Below are positions 37,464-51,548 of a DNA stretch of 64,000 nt, one piece after another. The notes below the pieces were generated by a model that saw nothing but the letters and a program-made list of their open reading frames with translations, made no database searches and was not told the origin of the DNA. Numbering within the stretch: the first letter of the stretch is position 1; each line of letters starts with the position of its first letter. The DNA is taken from positions 12,906,187-12,970,186 of the forward strand of contig NC_057713.1 in the NCBI RefSeq assembly GCF_004010195.1, given 5' to 3'. The translations under genes and the position numbers were made by a program. The stretch comes from Chiloscyllium plagiosum (Eukaryota).

Positions 37464-40456
37464 CTGGAACAAAAGTAGTGAATAGAATTGAATCTCACCT
37501 GAAATGATATCTTCCCATTCAGGTAACAGCTCTTCTAAGAATAAATGCTTAGAACCTGACACATGTGTACCAACAAAAAAACGTTAAAGACCAAGACATT
37601 GAAACATCTGTCTTGTTTTGAAGAGTTTTGTTCTTAACATGTACATTAGTGCAGAATGACTCAATATGGTCAGGTGTTAAAAGTTACACTTTCTCCTTAT
37701 AGCCTTGCACATTCTTCCTTTTCAGATAATAACACAATTCCCTTGTATGCCTCAATTGAAACTGCCTCCACAACAGCCTCAGGCAGTATATTCCAGATCC
37801 TAACCATTTGCTGCATGAAAGTTTCTTATGTCAGCATTGCTTCTTTTGTCAATCTTAAATGGAGGAAAAAAAAATCCAATCTACTCAGTCCAGATTGCTA
37901 ATGGTCATGAATACTTCAACCAAATCTCCTCTTACCCATATCTTCTCTAATGAAAACCAGCCCAAATTATCTAGTCTATCTAAGAAACTGAAGATCTTCA
38001 TGCTATAAATGTTTGTGTGCATATGTTCTCCTTGTTGTATGGTGCCCAGAAATGTATGCAACACTGCGTTTGAGGGCAAATCAATTGCTACCCCTGGATA
38101 AGGATTCAAAACAGCACCATCTTTTCAAGCTCCTTACGTCTTTTTGCTTTAAAGAAGGTTATGCCTGCCAATTCAGTAAATGTGGTTCAGAATATAAATG
38201 ACGCACACAGATAAATTAAACCAAACCTCTTTGACGATTGCATTCATACCCAAACACAAATAGATTACAGAATGAGAGGACAGATTAATCAATTTACCCT
38301 GAGTAAAATTAAAGGGATACCAGCTCTTGATGATTCATGACGTGTGATGAATTGAACTCTGTGGGTTCTGATTGAACTCTGTGGCCCACCTGGGTTGGCA
38401 TGAAGAGTTTAAAGATGGAGGATTCTGGATAATCCAAGATGGAAGACAGGAAAAAAGTTATGCTGTAAGAGCTGCCCCTTTTTTGAGATATTTTCAGTGT
38501 TGGAGCTGATTTTTTTTTTAATTCTAGGAACACCTATTACTATTTTATAAGCTGTTGCATTGTTTGGAACTTTGGGAAATAAAGATCAAAAATACAGCAC
38601 TTTTAAAAAGGAGGAAGGGAGACAAAGGTAGTGACCATGTGGGTGGGAAGTGAATCAACAGAGAAAGAAGCTTATACTACTGTCTCACCCAGCAATGAAC
38701 CTTCTCAGCTACTGCCTCTATTTTTTGATTTCAAGTACCTGTGGACATCAGAGTTCCTCTAAGAAAAGTAAACAAACAACAAAATTCACAGCTGATCTTC
38801 GAGAAACATGCGTGGGCCGATCAGAGCAGGGGAGCAGCTAAATGGCTAGTTCTTTTTTGTAAATCTACAATAGTGAGTAGTGTGGTTCTTTTTCATTATA
38901 TTGTGGTTCTTTTTATTGATTAAACTTTGAAAATATAAACAAAGGCACTAAGTTAACCTGGAGCAGTGTTTTTAGAGTAATAAGACTGCTATTTTCTGGG
39001 TCTGTAGATTGTTAAGTGCAAAGATGGTCTTTAGTAGAGCGGTGTGCTCTTTCTGTCAGATGTAGGAGATTAGGGAGAGTTTCCATCTTACTGATGATTA
39101 TGTTTGCAGGTGTGCTTGGTTGTGAATTCTATCAAATCGCATGGATCGGTTGGAGCAGCAGTTAGAGGCAACAAGGAATTTACAGAAGCTAGGTGGTGGT
39201 GTGATGGATAGCAGTTGCAATAAGGGAAATAAACCAACTATACAGTCAGGAAGATGGGTAACCTCCAGAAAAACGTTTTGGGAGAAGGGGGGCAGGTAGT
39301 GCAAGAGTGTCCTGTGGCTATCCCCATCTCTAACAAATGTAGGGAAATGTAGGGGGTGATGGACTCAGAGGGGAATGTAGCATTGACAGCCAAGTTTATG
39401 GTACTAAGACTGGCTTTAATGTAATGAGCCAGGTTTCAAGCATCGATTGTGATAGGGGACTCTCTCGTTACAGGCACAGAGAGATGTTTCTGCAGCCAAT
39501 ATTGAGACATCAGAATGGTGTGCTGCCTCCCTGTTGCCAGGATCAAGGATATCTCGGCGAGGGTGCAGAATATTCTCAAAGATGAGAGGGACCAGGAGGA
39601 GATTGTTGTACATATTGGAATTAAAGTCACAGGAACAGGTAAGGTCGAGAGGCTGAGGAGAGAATATAGGAAGTTAGGCAGGATTTTAAAAAGGTCCTTG
39701 AGAGTAGTAATATCCGGATCACTCAAGCTGCCACGTACTAGTGAGGGTAGAGATAGAAGGATGGAGCAGATAAAAGCGTGGAAGAGCAGCTGGTGCAGGA
39801 GAGAAGGTTGATGTTTTTAGATGATTGAAATCTCTTTCTGGGGGTAGAAGTGACCTGGACAAGGACAGATTGTACCTGAATTGGAAGGGGACTACTATAC
39901 TGGCAGGGAGATTTATTAGAGCTGCTCGGAAAGATTTAAACCAGTAAAGGAATTTGGGGGTTGGGCAACACCCAGAGAGATAGTGAGAAAGACAGCAATC
40001 TGAGACTGATACAGTTGGCAAAAGGAGTAAGTTAAACTGTTAGGGCAGGCAGGAACAAAGCAGAGAACAAGATAGGACTGATAAATGAAACTGCATTTAT
40101 TTCAATGCAAGAGGCTTAACAGGTAAGGGAGATAAACTCAGGGCATAGTTGGGAACATGGGACTGGGATATCACAGGAATTACAGAAATGTGGTTCAGAG
40201 ATGGACAGGACTGGCAGCTTAATATTCCAGGTTATATATGCTATAGGAAGGAGAACAACTGAGGAGGGGAGTGGCATTTCTGATTACTGCTGTACTTAGG
40301 GAATATATTCCTGGGAATACGTCTAGGGAAGTTATTTGGGTGGTACTGAGAAATAAGGAAGGGATGATCATCTTATTGGGCTTATACTATAGACCCTCAA
40401 TAGTCAGCGGGAAATTGAGAAACAAATTTGTAAGGAGGTTTCAGTTATCTGTCAGA

Positions 40457-40965
40457 ATGGTTAGCACTAATGCCTCACAGCGGGGTAAAAACAATGACTG
40501 CAGATGCTGGAAACCAGATTCTGAATTAGTGGTGCTGGAAGAGCACAGCAGTTCAGGCAGCATCCAAGGAGCAGCAAAATCGACGTTTCGGGCAAAAGCC
40601 CTTCATCAGAAATCCTGATGCTGCTTGAACTGCTGTGCTCTTCCAGCACCAGTAATCCAGAATAATGCCTCACAGCGCCAGGTACTTGGGTTCAATTCCC
40701 ACCTTGGGCGACTGTCTGTGTGGAGTTTGCACATTCTCCCCATGTCTGCGTGGTTTTCCTCCGGGTGCTCCAGTTTCCTCCCACAACCTAAAAATGTGCA
40801 GGTCAGGTGAATTGGTCATGCTAAATTGCCCGTAGTGTTAGGTGCATTAGTCAGAGGGAAAGATAGGGTAGGGGAATGGGTCTGGGTGGGTTACTCTTCA
40901 GAGTGTTGGTGTGGACTTGTTAGGCCAAATGGCCTGTTTCCATACTGTAGGGAATCAAATCTAAT
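40457..40965 (+). mobile_element. HE1 SINE nested in CR1 and itself interrupted by a PLE palindrome (40483-40662)
   Basis: 15-bp TSD TAATGCCTCACAGCG at 40468-40482 and 40663-40677. Confidence 0.85.
40582..40609 (-). ncRNA. Minimal hammerhead ribozyme, intact core
   Basis: CTGATGA-A-GGGC-TTTT-GCCC-GAAAC-GTC. Confidence 0.75.
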
Positions 40966-41559
40966 AATAGGGTGGTTATGGTTGGGGATTTCAATTTTCC
41001 AAACACAGACTGGGACTGCCATAGCGTTAAGGGCTTGGATGGAGAGGAATTTGTTAAGTGTGCACAAGAAAATTTTCTGATTTAGTATGTGGCTATACCT
41101 ACTAGAAAACCTGACATACTCTTGGGAAATAAGGCAGGGCGGGTGCCAGTGGGGAAGTGCTTTGGGGCCAGTGACTATAATCCTATTAGTTAGGCAAGAA
41201 CTTTCAAACATTTTGGGGGTGGATGCTTGCAGGTAAAGGGATCACTTGAAAATGGGGAACATTCAAAAATGAGATAATGAGAGTTCAGAGACAGTATGTT
41301 CTTGTTAGGGTGAAGGGCAAGGCTGGTATGTATATGGAAGGCTGGATGACTACAGAAATTAAGATTTTGGTCAAGAAAAAGGAAGCATATATCAGGTATA
41401 GACAGCAGAGATGGAGTGAATCCCTAAAAGAATGTAAAGGCAGTAGGAGTATACTTAAATCAGGAGGGCAAAAACAGGATATGAAATGGCTTTTGCAAAC
41501 AGGATTATGGAGAATCCAAAGGTATCCTACAAATACATTAAGGACAAAAGGATAACTAG

Positions 41560-42352
41560 TGTTACGAAGTTGAAAGCATGTATGTTCACTTTAAAATAGG
41601 CAGTGTTTTCTGAATAATTAAGTAAACTGGAGTGCAGGCTCAGATGCCCGAGTGGGAGATGGGCTGTTCCAAAATAGATACATATAACAATTCATGTTAA
41701 ATGGGTATGAGTTTTGGTTGCTGTTTTGACAACAATTTGAATTTAATCAATTAGTTTAAATTATGTCCAGGATACTAAACCCCAATCGAGTTTGAATTTA
41801 TTGTTTTGACAACATTGGACCAATGGCAGAGAACAATATTGAGGGGTATATAAAAAAAAAAGAGACTTTTTAAGAATTGGTCAGAGAGCAACTACCACTG
41901 ATCAACCAAGCAGAGCCAGAGAGCTAACTGCCCATCTAAAATCTTGCTCTCAAAGAAATTAGAAGACACTCTCTATCCAAGGTACCTTTTCCTGTAAAAC
42001 TTGCTCACAGTAAAAAGAAAGAAGTTGACCTAGGAAGATCAGCAGATGAAAGACTGAAAACAGCAGAGAAGACAGAGACTGTGCAGACTTGAGATGAAGT
42101 TAATGTAATGCTTAATAAGTGTGTTTTTGGAACAACACATTAATAGGATTGTATTTAGTTAGGGGAAAGTGTGTTCAGTTTGCTAATAGTTTTGTTTAAT
42201 GTCCGGTTAGGAAAATAAATTGTTATTTTTCTTTAAATAGTGCAAATTAGGAGTTCTCTTTCACTCCCTCACATTTTTAACAGATTAAGAGGTGAGGCGA
42301 GCTTTTCTGGGTGTTTGGCTTTAACTAACAGAGAGGCTTGATCTCCACATCA
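41560..42352 (+). mobile_element. Probable solo LTR
   Basis: Starts TGTTACG and ends ..CA; internal TATATAAAA (~41847) and AATAAA (~42214); non-coding; abruptly interrupts CR1 ORF2. Confidence 0.5.
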
Positions 42353-45300
42353 GGAGATCCAGCGCCTCGGGAAGCGTGTGGGAAAGGTGGAGCCACGGGC
42401 CGCGGCTTCTAAGACCGCGACGGAATTCTTGGCGTGTCGGGCTCAGGCCCTGGAATGGTGAGTGTGGGCCTCAAAAATCAAGGTCGTCGGAAGAACATTC
42501 GGTTTCTGGGGCATCCCGAACGGGAAGAAGGAGGCCAGCTCGTCAGCTTCTTGGAGCAATGGCTCCCACAGTTTCTGAGGCTGTAAGTTGAGGTAGGCCG
42601 GGTGCTGGCCGATCGGGCCCACCAGATCGCAGTGCGCAGGCCCAGATGAGGCCAGCTCCCCTACCTGGTCCTAGTGCAACTCCAGCCCTATAGAGACAAA
42701 CAAATGATGCTGAAGCCTCTAGAGGACTGTGAAAGGATCCTCAGGCTCTGATGTATAAAGGATCACAAATTATGCTTTTCCAGGACTTCTCTCCCGTCGT
42801 GATGAGGTAAAAAGGCAGCTGAGGGACTTGAATTACCAGTATTCCATTAGAAATCCAGCGTAACTGCGTTTCAGTCACGGAGGGTCAGTGTTCAATTTTG
42901 ATTCACCGGAAAAGGCAAAGGACTTCTTGGATGCTTTAAAATAGACTAACTGGCTTGAATTAGTAGGACAATTATTTTATTTTGTTTTTTCTCTGTAATT
43001 TGCCTAGTTTTCATCATTGTTGGGAGGGTGGTCTTGGCTTCTGTTAATATATGTCGGGGTCATAATTATTTCCCTTTTTGTGTCCCCTCTCTCTTCCCGT
43101 CATCCTTTGTTTTCCTGGGTTTTCTTTTCTTCCTGTTTCCTTTTGTCCTTCGTTACTGGTTTGGGGTTGGGGGAGGCGGTGGGAGGAAGTGGGGAAGAGG
43201 TCTTTTTTTTTGTTCTACCAGGAGTGCTTAGGATTACAGTATGGAGGGAACAGGTTGAATGCCCACTTTTAACTTTCTTGTTCTAAGATGTTGGTATTTG
43301 TTTCTTACTTTGTGTTATCTGGGGCAGGGGCATGGCTTCAGCTGGGAGTCATGGTGGAGCTAATGGGTGGTATGAGCGTCTCCTGTGGACAAGTGGGAAA
43401 GTCTCCTTTCATTTATATGTTGGCATGTTGTAGAAGTAGGTGTTAGAAGTTTTGATTTAGTAATTTTGGAAGTTGCATTTTTAAACTTATACGAATTGTT
43501 TTTGTTTTTCACTCGGCGTGCTATGGGTGGGGTTCCTCCTCTTGGGGGGGGGGGGGGGTCACGGACTGTTTTGGACGATCATGGCTAGCCATTCGTTTAA
43601 ATGATGCACCTGGAATGTTAAGGGGAGTCATTCACCAATTAAGAAAAAAAAAGATACTGTCAAACCTTAGAAAGGAGGGGGTCGATGTAACCTTGTTACA
43701 AAAAACACACTTAACTGATAAAGAGCATTTGAAGTTACAACAGGGAGGATTCAGCCAAGTGTTTTTCTCATACTTTAATTTGAAAAGTAGAGGAGTTGCT
43801 ATTCTCATCGTAAGAACCTCCCATTTCAAATACTAGGCCAAAATAAGGATGAGTCAAGATTAGAGTGGTGCTGGAAAAGCACAGCAGGTCAGGCAGCATC
43901 CGAGGAGCAGGAAAATCGACGTTTCAGGCAAAAGCGCTTCATCAGGACTTTCCAGACTTTAAGAAATACCAATTGAGTTCTTTACTATCCTATATGGCTG
44001 AATGGGCCTGTCAGGATCTGCAATCAATCTGGTTGGATATTGAAGCTACCCAGACAAAATGCCCCCTCATTAATTTATCGTTTATGGACAAGTTGAGAAT
44101 TGTTCTGGACCACTGCAAAAACCCAATTGTCCTAAACACAGTTAAAGCATGGAGAATGATGCGGCAAGGCAAGGACAATTTACAAAAAAAACTTCCCCTT
44201 TCACTCCCATAGTGGGAATGTTGGGATTCCAGCCGGGGTTGATGGACTCTGGCTTTAAGGTCTGAGACTCCAGAGGAATCTCCTATTTCAGAGATCATGA
44301 TGTCATGACGTCCTTCGACCAACTTAGTCAGAAGTTTGAGCTACCTAGGAGAGACCTCTTTTGTAACTTCCAGGTTAGAGACTTCACACAAAAAAAAAGA
44401 CTACATTGATGGTTAGTCCCTACAAGTCAGACATGAAGAGGAGAGAGCTCCGGTCCGCGGGTGCCCTCTCGGTTAGCACTATCTATCACTTGTTAGGAAG
44501 TAATGTTTCAAAGGACATTGATTGGCTTAGCAGAACCTGGACTCAAGAACTGGGGGTGGAAATCTCAGAGATGTGGGAGGATATCTGGGAAAATGTTAGG
44601 AAGATCTCAATTTGTAATAGGACCCAGGCTATTCAATTGAAGGTACTCCTTATGGTTCACTTGACACCGGAACAGCTTGCGAAATTTAAGGCAAGAGTGT
44701 CCCCAATGTGCCCCAAGTGTAAAATGGAGGTTGGCACTCTTACTCATTGCTTGCGGTCATGCCACAAGCTCCGCAGGTATTGAGATGCCATAGCGAGGGT
44801 TTTGGAAGAGGTTTTGGGAACTGAGGTTAAGTTGGATCGGGTGTCCCTCCTTTTGGGTCTTCCAAATCTTCCCTCTTTGGATATGCATGGGACGAAATTG
44901 TTTAATATTCTTTCATTCTGTTCAAGGAAGAACACTCTAATGAGCTGGGTGTTGGAGAATCCTCCGGGACTCTTGAGTTGGCATAGGTTAGTTATGGAAC
45001 ATCCCCCTGGACTTCCTTATGAGTGTGGTGCACCAGAAAACAGAACTGTTTTACAGAACATGGTGGCCTTTTTTGAATTATACTGATGTAGACTAATCCG
45101 CTATGCTGTTTGGGCCTTTGTGTAGCCATGAGGGTGGTGTCTGGCAGTCCAGGGGCCCCGGGGGGTAAAGTCCTGAATCAATACAGGTTCACTTACTATT
45201 GCTCCCAGTGGTGGGGAGCCTCGGTGAGATTGCGCTGAGTGTAGTGATTTAATTTAATATAATTTAAGTTACCTTGTTATAACTTGGTTTAATTTCATTT

Positions 45301-45497
45301 TGTTTATTTATTTTTCTTCTTTCTCCTTGGTTATTTATTGAATTGTAGTTTTTGTAGAGTTTTTCGCTTTTTCGTGTTTTGATAGTTTGTGGAGTAGAGT
45401 AGTAGTTTGGTTTCTATTATATATATTATATTATAAAGTTGTCACACTACTTCATACTGATTTTGTAATTTTTCAATAAAAATGTTTATAAAAAAAT
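42353..45497 (+). mobile_element. L1-clade LINE: ORF1 remnant, ORF2 endonuclease start and C-terminal zinc knuckle; RT region deleted
   Basis: TWNVKG..KKKKILSNLRKEGVDVTLLQKTHL..KSRGVAILI; CPKCKMEVGTLTHCLRSC; T-rich 3'UTR, AATAAA and A tail. Confidence 0.85.
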
Positions 45498-46473
45498 TTG
45501 AAGATGCTTGTTTGTGAATGCAGTGTATCATTTTCAATCTTAATGTGGAATTTAAACTGTTTTTCATTGGATCTTTTACAATGACATTACCAAATAACTC
45601 CTTGCCATTGTATAATACTGGATTTAAAGCAGCCATCCTTGGCTGGTCCCACAATGTGTTGATTCAGGAAACTGTTGAGGAAACACTCTTCAAACGTAAC
45701 TTCAGAGCATCCTTGCCAACTTGATTGGTCCACTCTATATGAAAATTGAAGTCCTCCATAACTTTTCCATTGCATTTTCTTATAAACTCCAATAACGAAT
45801 GCCTTGTCCAATATTATGATTAATATTCAGTGGTCTATAAACTGTTGTCACCAGCAGTTCTTCTTTTTTGCAATTCCAACTTTCACTCAGATTGGTTATG
45901 TTTCTCGATTTTCTGAAGCAAGATCCTTTATCTCTAATGTCTTTATGTCATTCTATATTATCAAGGCTACCACTCCTGCTTCTACCTGTCTTTTGTAAAT
46001 GTGTGCATCCTGGATTATTTATTTTCCACCTTCTGTAACCATATCTCTTGTACTGGCTATTAGGCAAGCCATTTATCGCTATTCGTGGCACTAGTTTTAA
46101 TTATCAACTAGGGATGCTCAATGCTTTCCAATAGTTGGTTCATTTTTTCCACTACAATACACTGCAGAGACCTTGCTCTCTGATGCGTTATTAATGTTAA
46201 TCTGCAAGCTACTTCCTGTCCCACACATCTTCGTTTACTCATACCAATTTGCTTTTTAATGCCTCAACTTTTATCTTTGGATTTCTAAACCTCTCTCCAG
46301 CCAAACTCTCCTTCCCTTCTAATAGTAAAGATGTTTTCTACTTCTATTTGCTTGAGCACTCTTATTTTTGCTTACTCTGTCCTTTCCTGTCAGACTGCCA
46401 CTATCCTACACTATTGCCTCATCATTTTAACTTTCTAAGTCTCATCAACATTGGCAAGCACTATCATATTTCA

Positions 46474-47531
46474 GGAGGAGCTGAAAAATGTGTTGCTGGA
46501 AAAGTGCGGCAGGTCAGGCAGCATCCAAGGAGCAGGAGAATCGACGTTTCGGGCATAAGCCCTTCTTCAGGAATGAGGAGGGTGTGCCAAGCAGGCTAAG
46601 ATAAAAGGTAGGGAGGAGGGACTTGGGGGAGGGGCGTTGGGAATGTGATAGGTGGGAAGGAGGTTAAGGTGAGGGTGATAGGCCGTAGAGGGGGTGGGGC
46701 AGAGAGGTCGGGAAGATGATTGCAGGTCTAGAAGGTGGTGCTGAGTCCGAGGGTTGGGACTGAGACAAGGCGGGGGCAGGGGAAATGAGGAAGTTGGAGA
46801 AATCTGCATTCATCCCTTGTGGTTGGAGGGTTCCTAGGCAGAAGACCATGGCGTCATGTTGCCATGGTCTGGCGATGGAGGATGCCAAGGATCTGCATGT
46901 CCTTGGTGGAGTGTGAGGGGGAGTTAAAGTGTTCAGCCACAGGGCAGTTTGGGTTGGTTGGTGCGGGTTGCCAAGTAACAGCTTCTTCAGATAAAGATTA
47001 GTTACAGTGCAACAATGCCACCAACACCTGGTGCCATCTTAGCTGCAGAGTACCTAGGTACAATCCTTGGTTAGAGAGTAGAGAAATTAAGAAGAAAAAG
47101 TTGCATGACATCAATACCCTGAGGTGTTCTCTGAAACATTCCGCAAATAGGCGACCTGTCTCCCCAATGTAGAGGAGGCCACATTGGGTGCAGCGGATGC
47201 AGTAAATGATGTGTGTGGAGGTGCAGGTGAATTTGTGACTGATATGGAAGGATCCCTTGGGGCCTTGGAGGGAAGTGAGGGGGGGTGAGGGCGCAAGTTT
47301 TGCATTTCTTGCGGTTGCAGGGGAAGGTGCTGGGAGTGGAGGTTGGGTTGGTGGGGGGGTGTGGACCTGATGAGGGAGTCGCGGAGGGAGTGGTCTTTCC
47401 GGAACACTGATAGGGGAGGGGAGGGAAATATATCCTTGGTGGTGGGGTCTGTTTGGAGGTGGCGGAAATGACGAAGGATGATACGATGTATCTGGAGGTT
47501 GGTGGGGTGGTAGGTGAGGACCAGTGGGGTT
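46474..47531 (-). mobile_element. Penelope-like element 3' part with terminus, interrupted at 46969-47117
   Basis: RTPLVLTYHPTN..IILRHF, CNRKKCKTC; 13-bp TSD CTATCATATTTCA at 46461-46473 and 47532-47544. Confidence 0.9.
46543..46570 (-). ncRNA. Minimal hammerhead ribozyme, intact core
   Basis: CTGAAGA-A-GGGC-TTAT-GCCC-GAAAC-GTC. Confidence 0.7.
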
Positions 47532-47949
47532 CTATCATATTTCATCCCTGATACAGTGATGGATGAAGTCAATAGTAAAAGGACAAAACATCTACTCACT
47601 GATCTGCAAATGTTCAAACTGAAGCTTTCAATTCCAGACTTTCTTATAAGCAAAGATACAAATGGTAGATGAAATGAGTTACTGAAAGGCAGTTTACGTG
47701 AAGTTAATGGACATGGCCTACGCGAATGAAATGTTAATCAGGAGCAAAAGTCCTTGGCTGCGAATTCACTTGCTAGTGTGTTTCTTAAAGAATTAACTTA
47801 TCTTGACATAAAGATTATCAAGACATCACGATATGAAAAGAGCTTTGCAGCTAATAAACCATTTCTGAATATAATCACTATTGTACTCTGGGGAAAATAC
47901 AGGAACCGATTTGTATATAGCATGATCCCACAAAAACATTTACATGACC

Positions 47950-48400
47950 ACAAACTCATCTGCTCCCGGCCTCTGAAGCACGGTTGGTGGTTGGTAGCCA
48001 GTGACCAGCTGCTCAGTGCCCAGCATGGCCCCAGGGGCCCAGTGCCCACCGTGGCAGCAGCCAGCGGTCAAACTACGTGGATGCCCCTGAGAAAAGAGCC
48101 CTTGGGAAAATACTGTAATGTTTCTCTTTTTTTGCTTTGCTTTTTGTTTATCCGACCTACGGTTATATTATGTATTGGTGTCATGCAACTTTTTCTTCTT
48201 CATTTCTCTACTCTCTAACCAAGGATTGTACCTAGGTACTCTGCAGCTAAGATGGCACCAGGTGTTGGTGGCATTGTTGCACTGTAACTGATCTTTACCT
48301 GAAGAAGCTGTTCCTTGGCACCTTTGGATCTGAGATAGCACTGCAAGTGGCGACATATCACTGTACTCATTTGGCAATAAAGTTAACTCATTCATTCAAC
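47950..48400 (+). mobile_element. Non-autonomous retroelement of the same family as 1745-2670
   Basis: CTCATCTGCTCC start, TTGTACCTAGGTAC, AATAAA and (TTCA)n tail. Confidence 0.55.
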
Positions 48401-48984
48401 CTTTTGAAGTATTGGCTGAAGAAAATAAGAACATGGGGGTTGTACTAAAAGTAAAATGGGATCTTGCATGTCCATGAGAAGACTTAAAGTATTATCTAAT
48501 TGATAGCATCAATGAAAGATCAGCATTCCTACTGTTCTGGAATGATAGTTTACTTTCCAAGTCTCCAAACTTTGAATTAAATCTTTGACCATCTGATTCA
48601 GGCAGCAGCACTACCAAGTTCAATTCTTACTTCACAAATATAAGATGCTGACTAACAACAGGATAATTTTGAAGCTGACTTCAATGTCAAAAATTGTGTT
48701 ATAACACTCCTGTGAAGCATTTTGGGACATTTTATTACTTTAGGGGTGTTATATAAATGCAGGTTGCCATTATACATCGTTGTCCTTGTTGCATTGATTC
48801 AGTACATTCAACTAACAGCTCTTCATCATTGTAAATAAGAATGCAAACATTAGCTTATTCTGCCAAAGCCAATGTAAATCTCTGACCAATAGTGCAAGGA
48901 GGGTTTGGGATGCCAAAAACAAGTTCAAAGAGCTTGAAATGTATCTCAAATACACTCATTTCTGAGGAGCAAGGAGAGAAAAAC

Positions 48985-49575
48985 AGACTTACACTTACTC
49001 AGCATTTTGCATGCCCCTGAATGTTTCAATATTCTTTACAGCGTAAACACTATTGTGATCTAGGAAACAGAGCAGCTTCCACAAACAATAAGGTAATAAT
49101 GACCTGATTATTCTTTCCTTTTTTCAAAAAAGAAAATGAATATTAAACAAAAACAGAAGTTTTTTTGGAAAAACGCAGCAGGTCTGACAACATCTGTGAA
49201 GAGAAATCAGAGTTAAATGCGTCAGGTCTGATGACCCTTCCTGAGATCCTGCCAGACCTGATGAGCTTTCCCAGCAACTTCTATTTTTGTTTCTGATTTA
49301 AGCATCCGGGGTTTTTAAAGAACAAGTATTGGTCAGAATACTGGATATAATTTTCTTGCTCTTCCTTAGATCCGTGCCATGATTTCTTTCACAATTGCTT
49401 GAATAGATGGTAACACTTTGGTTTAATGTATAACTTGAAAGCTAACTCCTCCATCAATGCAATTCTGCACTGCTCCAGGATGTTAGTCTTGATTATTGTA
49501 CTCAGGCCATAGAGTGGAGCCTAAACCCAGAATAATATGACTCAGATGTGAGATATGAGTGCTACCAATTGAGCC
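48985..49575 (-). mobile_element. SacSINE1-like Deu-SINE remnant interrupted by a PLE palindrome (~49145-49320)
   Basis: tRNA head TGGCTCAATTGGTAGCACTC on the minus strand; Deu-domain-like ATCATGGCAC..GAAGAGCA. Confidence 0.55.
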
Positions 49576-49759
49576 ATAGTGGACACACACAATTCAAAAA
49601 TGCAAAGCTTTTCGAAAAGGACAGTGTCATTGATGCTACTAGGATGAATAACATCAGTTTCAGTTTTATTTAAGTCGCATGGTGGAACAAGAAAATGTAT
49701 TTGGTATGATATATTAGCAGATTATATAGATGTGCATGTTGTTAAGAATTTCAAACTCA

Positions 49760-49858
<99 letters not shown>

Positions 49859-50200
49859 CTAGCAAAAACACATTACATAGGTTACAATATGAAACTACCC
49901 CATTGTCTTAATACCCCCAATTTCTGAATAATACTTACTAAATGGAGAACCAGAATATTTTTCAAGTTTCAATGAGTCAAGTGAATTTACACATGAATTA
50001 AGTGTAGGCCATTTGGTTTTTCTAGACTGTTCCATCGATTAATAAGATCATGGATGATCAGATTGTGACCTAAACTTGACCTTCTCTAGCCTCTCTGTAG
50101 TGAAGAATCTACCTAAAGAGTATTCAATGATGCTGCTTCCACCACTGTGAGGAGGAGAGTTCCAAAGACTCGATATCTTCTGACAGAAAAATATTCTCTT

Positions 50201-50498
50201 CACGGTGGCTCAGTGGTTAGCACTGCTGCCTCATAGCACCAGGGACCCAGGTTCGATTCCAGCCTTGGGCAACTATCTGTATGGATTTGCACATTCTCCC
50301 CATGTCTGCGTGTGTTTCTTCCGGGTGCTCCGGTTTCCTCCCACAATCCAAAGATGTGCAGGTCAGCTGAATTGGCCAGGTTAAATTGCCCATAGTGTTA
50401 GGTGCATTAGTCGGGGGGGGGGGTTTAATATTGCTTTTCAAAGGGTCGGTGTGGACTTATTGGGCCGAAGAGCCTGTTTCCACACTGTAGGGAATCTA
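50201..50498 (+). mobile_element. HE1 V-SINE inserted in a CR1 tail
   Basis: CACGGTGGCTCAGTGGTTAGCACTGCTGCC head and V-domain. Confidence 0.9.
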
Positions 50499-51347
50499 AA
50501 ATCCCTTAATGGAAGCCACCTAATTTTAAACTCTGCTCTCAAGTTCTAGTATCAGACACAAAAAATCTTTGTTTGGGAAAAATCTTTTCAGCATTCACTC
50601 TCTAGGGATATTACAAAGTCTTTTGGAGATTATAAACACTGTAAATTGAACATAATTAGTGGGGAAATATACTCATACCTATTTTACACAACAGCGAGTG
50701 TTGGATTAATTTCCTTACAACACACCATACTACAAATGTCTGTTTATGAATCTTTCAAAGGCTACTTAACTATTGAATATTTACAGAGCCTGGAAACTTC
50801 CTAAAGTTATTTGTGTTGACACTACACAGAAATGCCACATTCAATACAACAGCTTGAGTTGGCCAAGTTACTTGTAGCTTTACATTGTAAATTACATATG
50901 CATTTTCAAACAGATTACCTAACATTCTCATCATTAACCTGGGATCTTAGATCATTATTGTGACTTAGACACAGATGGTTTATTAAAGGCAACTAAGTTG
51001 ACAAGTCGTGATCTTATTGAACAATGGAGCAGGCTTGAAGGGCAGAGTGGTCCATTCTAGTTACTTGTTCATACATATGTCAAAGAACATATCACTACCT
51101 TAAGCTCCATGTACAATTCTTTTTCAGTTTATTATTATCTGGATTCAACTCAGAAATCAGATTATTCTGCACCAACTTTTATAAATGTCAATTGTACAAA
51201 CTGTTCTATGGATCTGGACAGTAACAAGCCATGTCAATTAAATTATTGGACCATAAAAAGCTCTTGTTGATTCTGGCTATTTTGGTTCAGTAATATGAAC
51301 CAATGGGTATCCAAATAAACCAAAAATATTGCACAAAATGCTGCTTA

Positions 51348-51548
<201 letters not shown>

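Larger units (their letters stand above)
38640..41558 (+). mobile_element. CR1 LINE 5' half (5'UTR, ORF1 with SGNH esterase, ORF2 endonuclease), decayed
   Basis: VIGDSLV..VCCLPVARIKDIS..EIVVHIG (GDSL-like esterase), CIYFNARGL, LLGLYYRP. Confidence 0.85.

Noticed and set aside
39515-39811. Esterase-like ORF
   Set aside because: SGNH domain of a decayed CR1 ORF1
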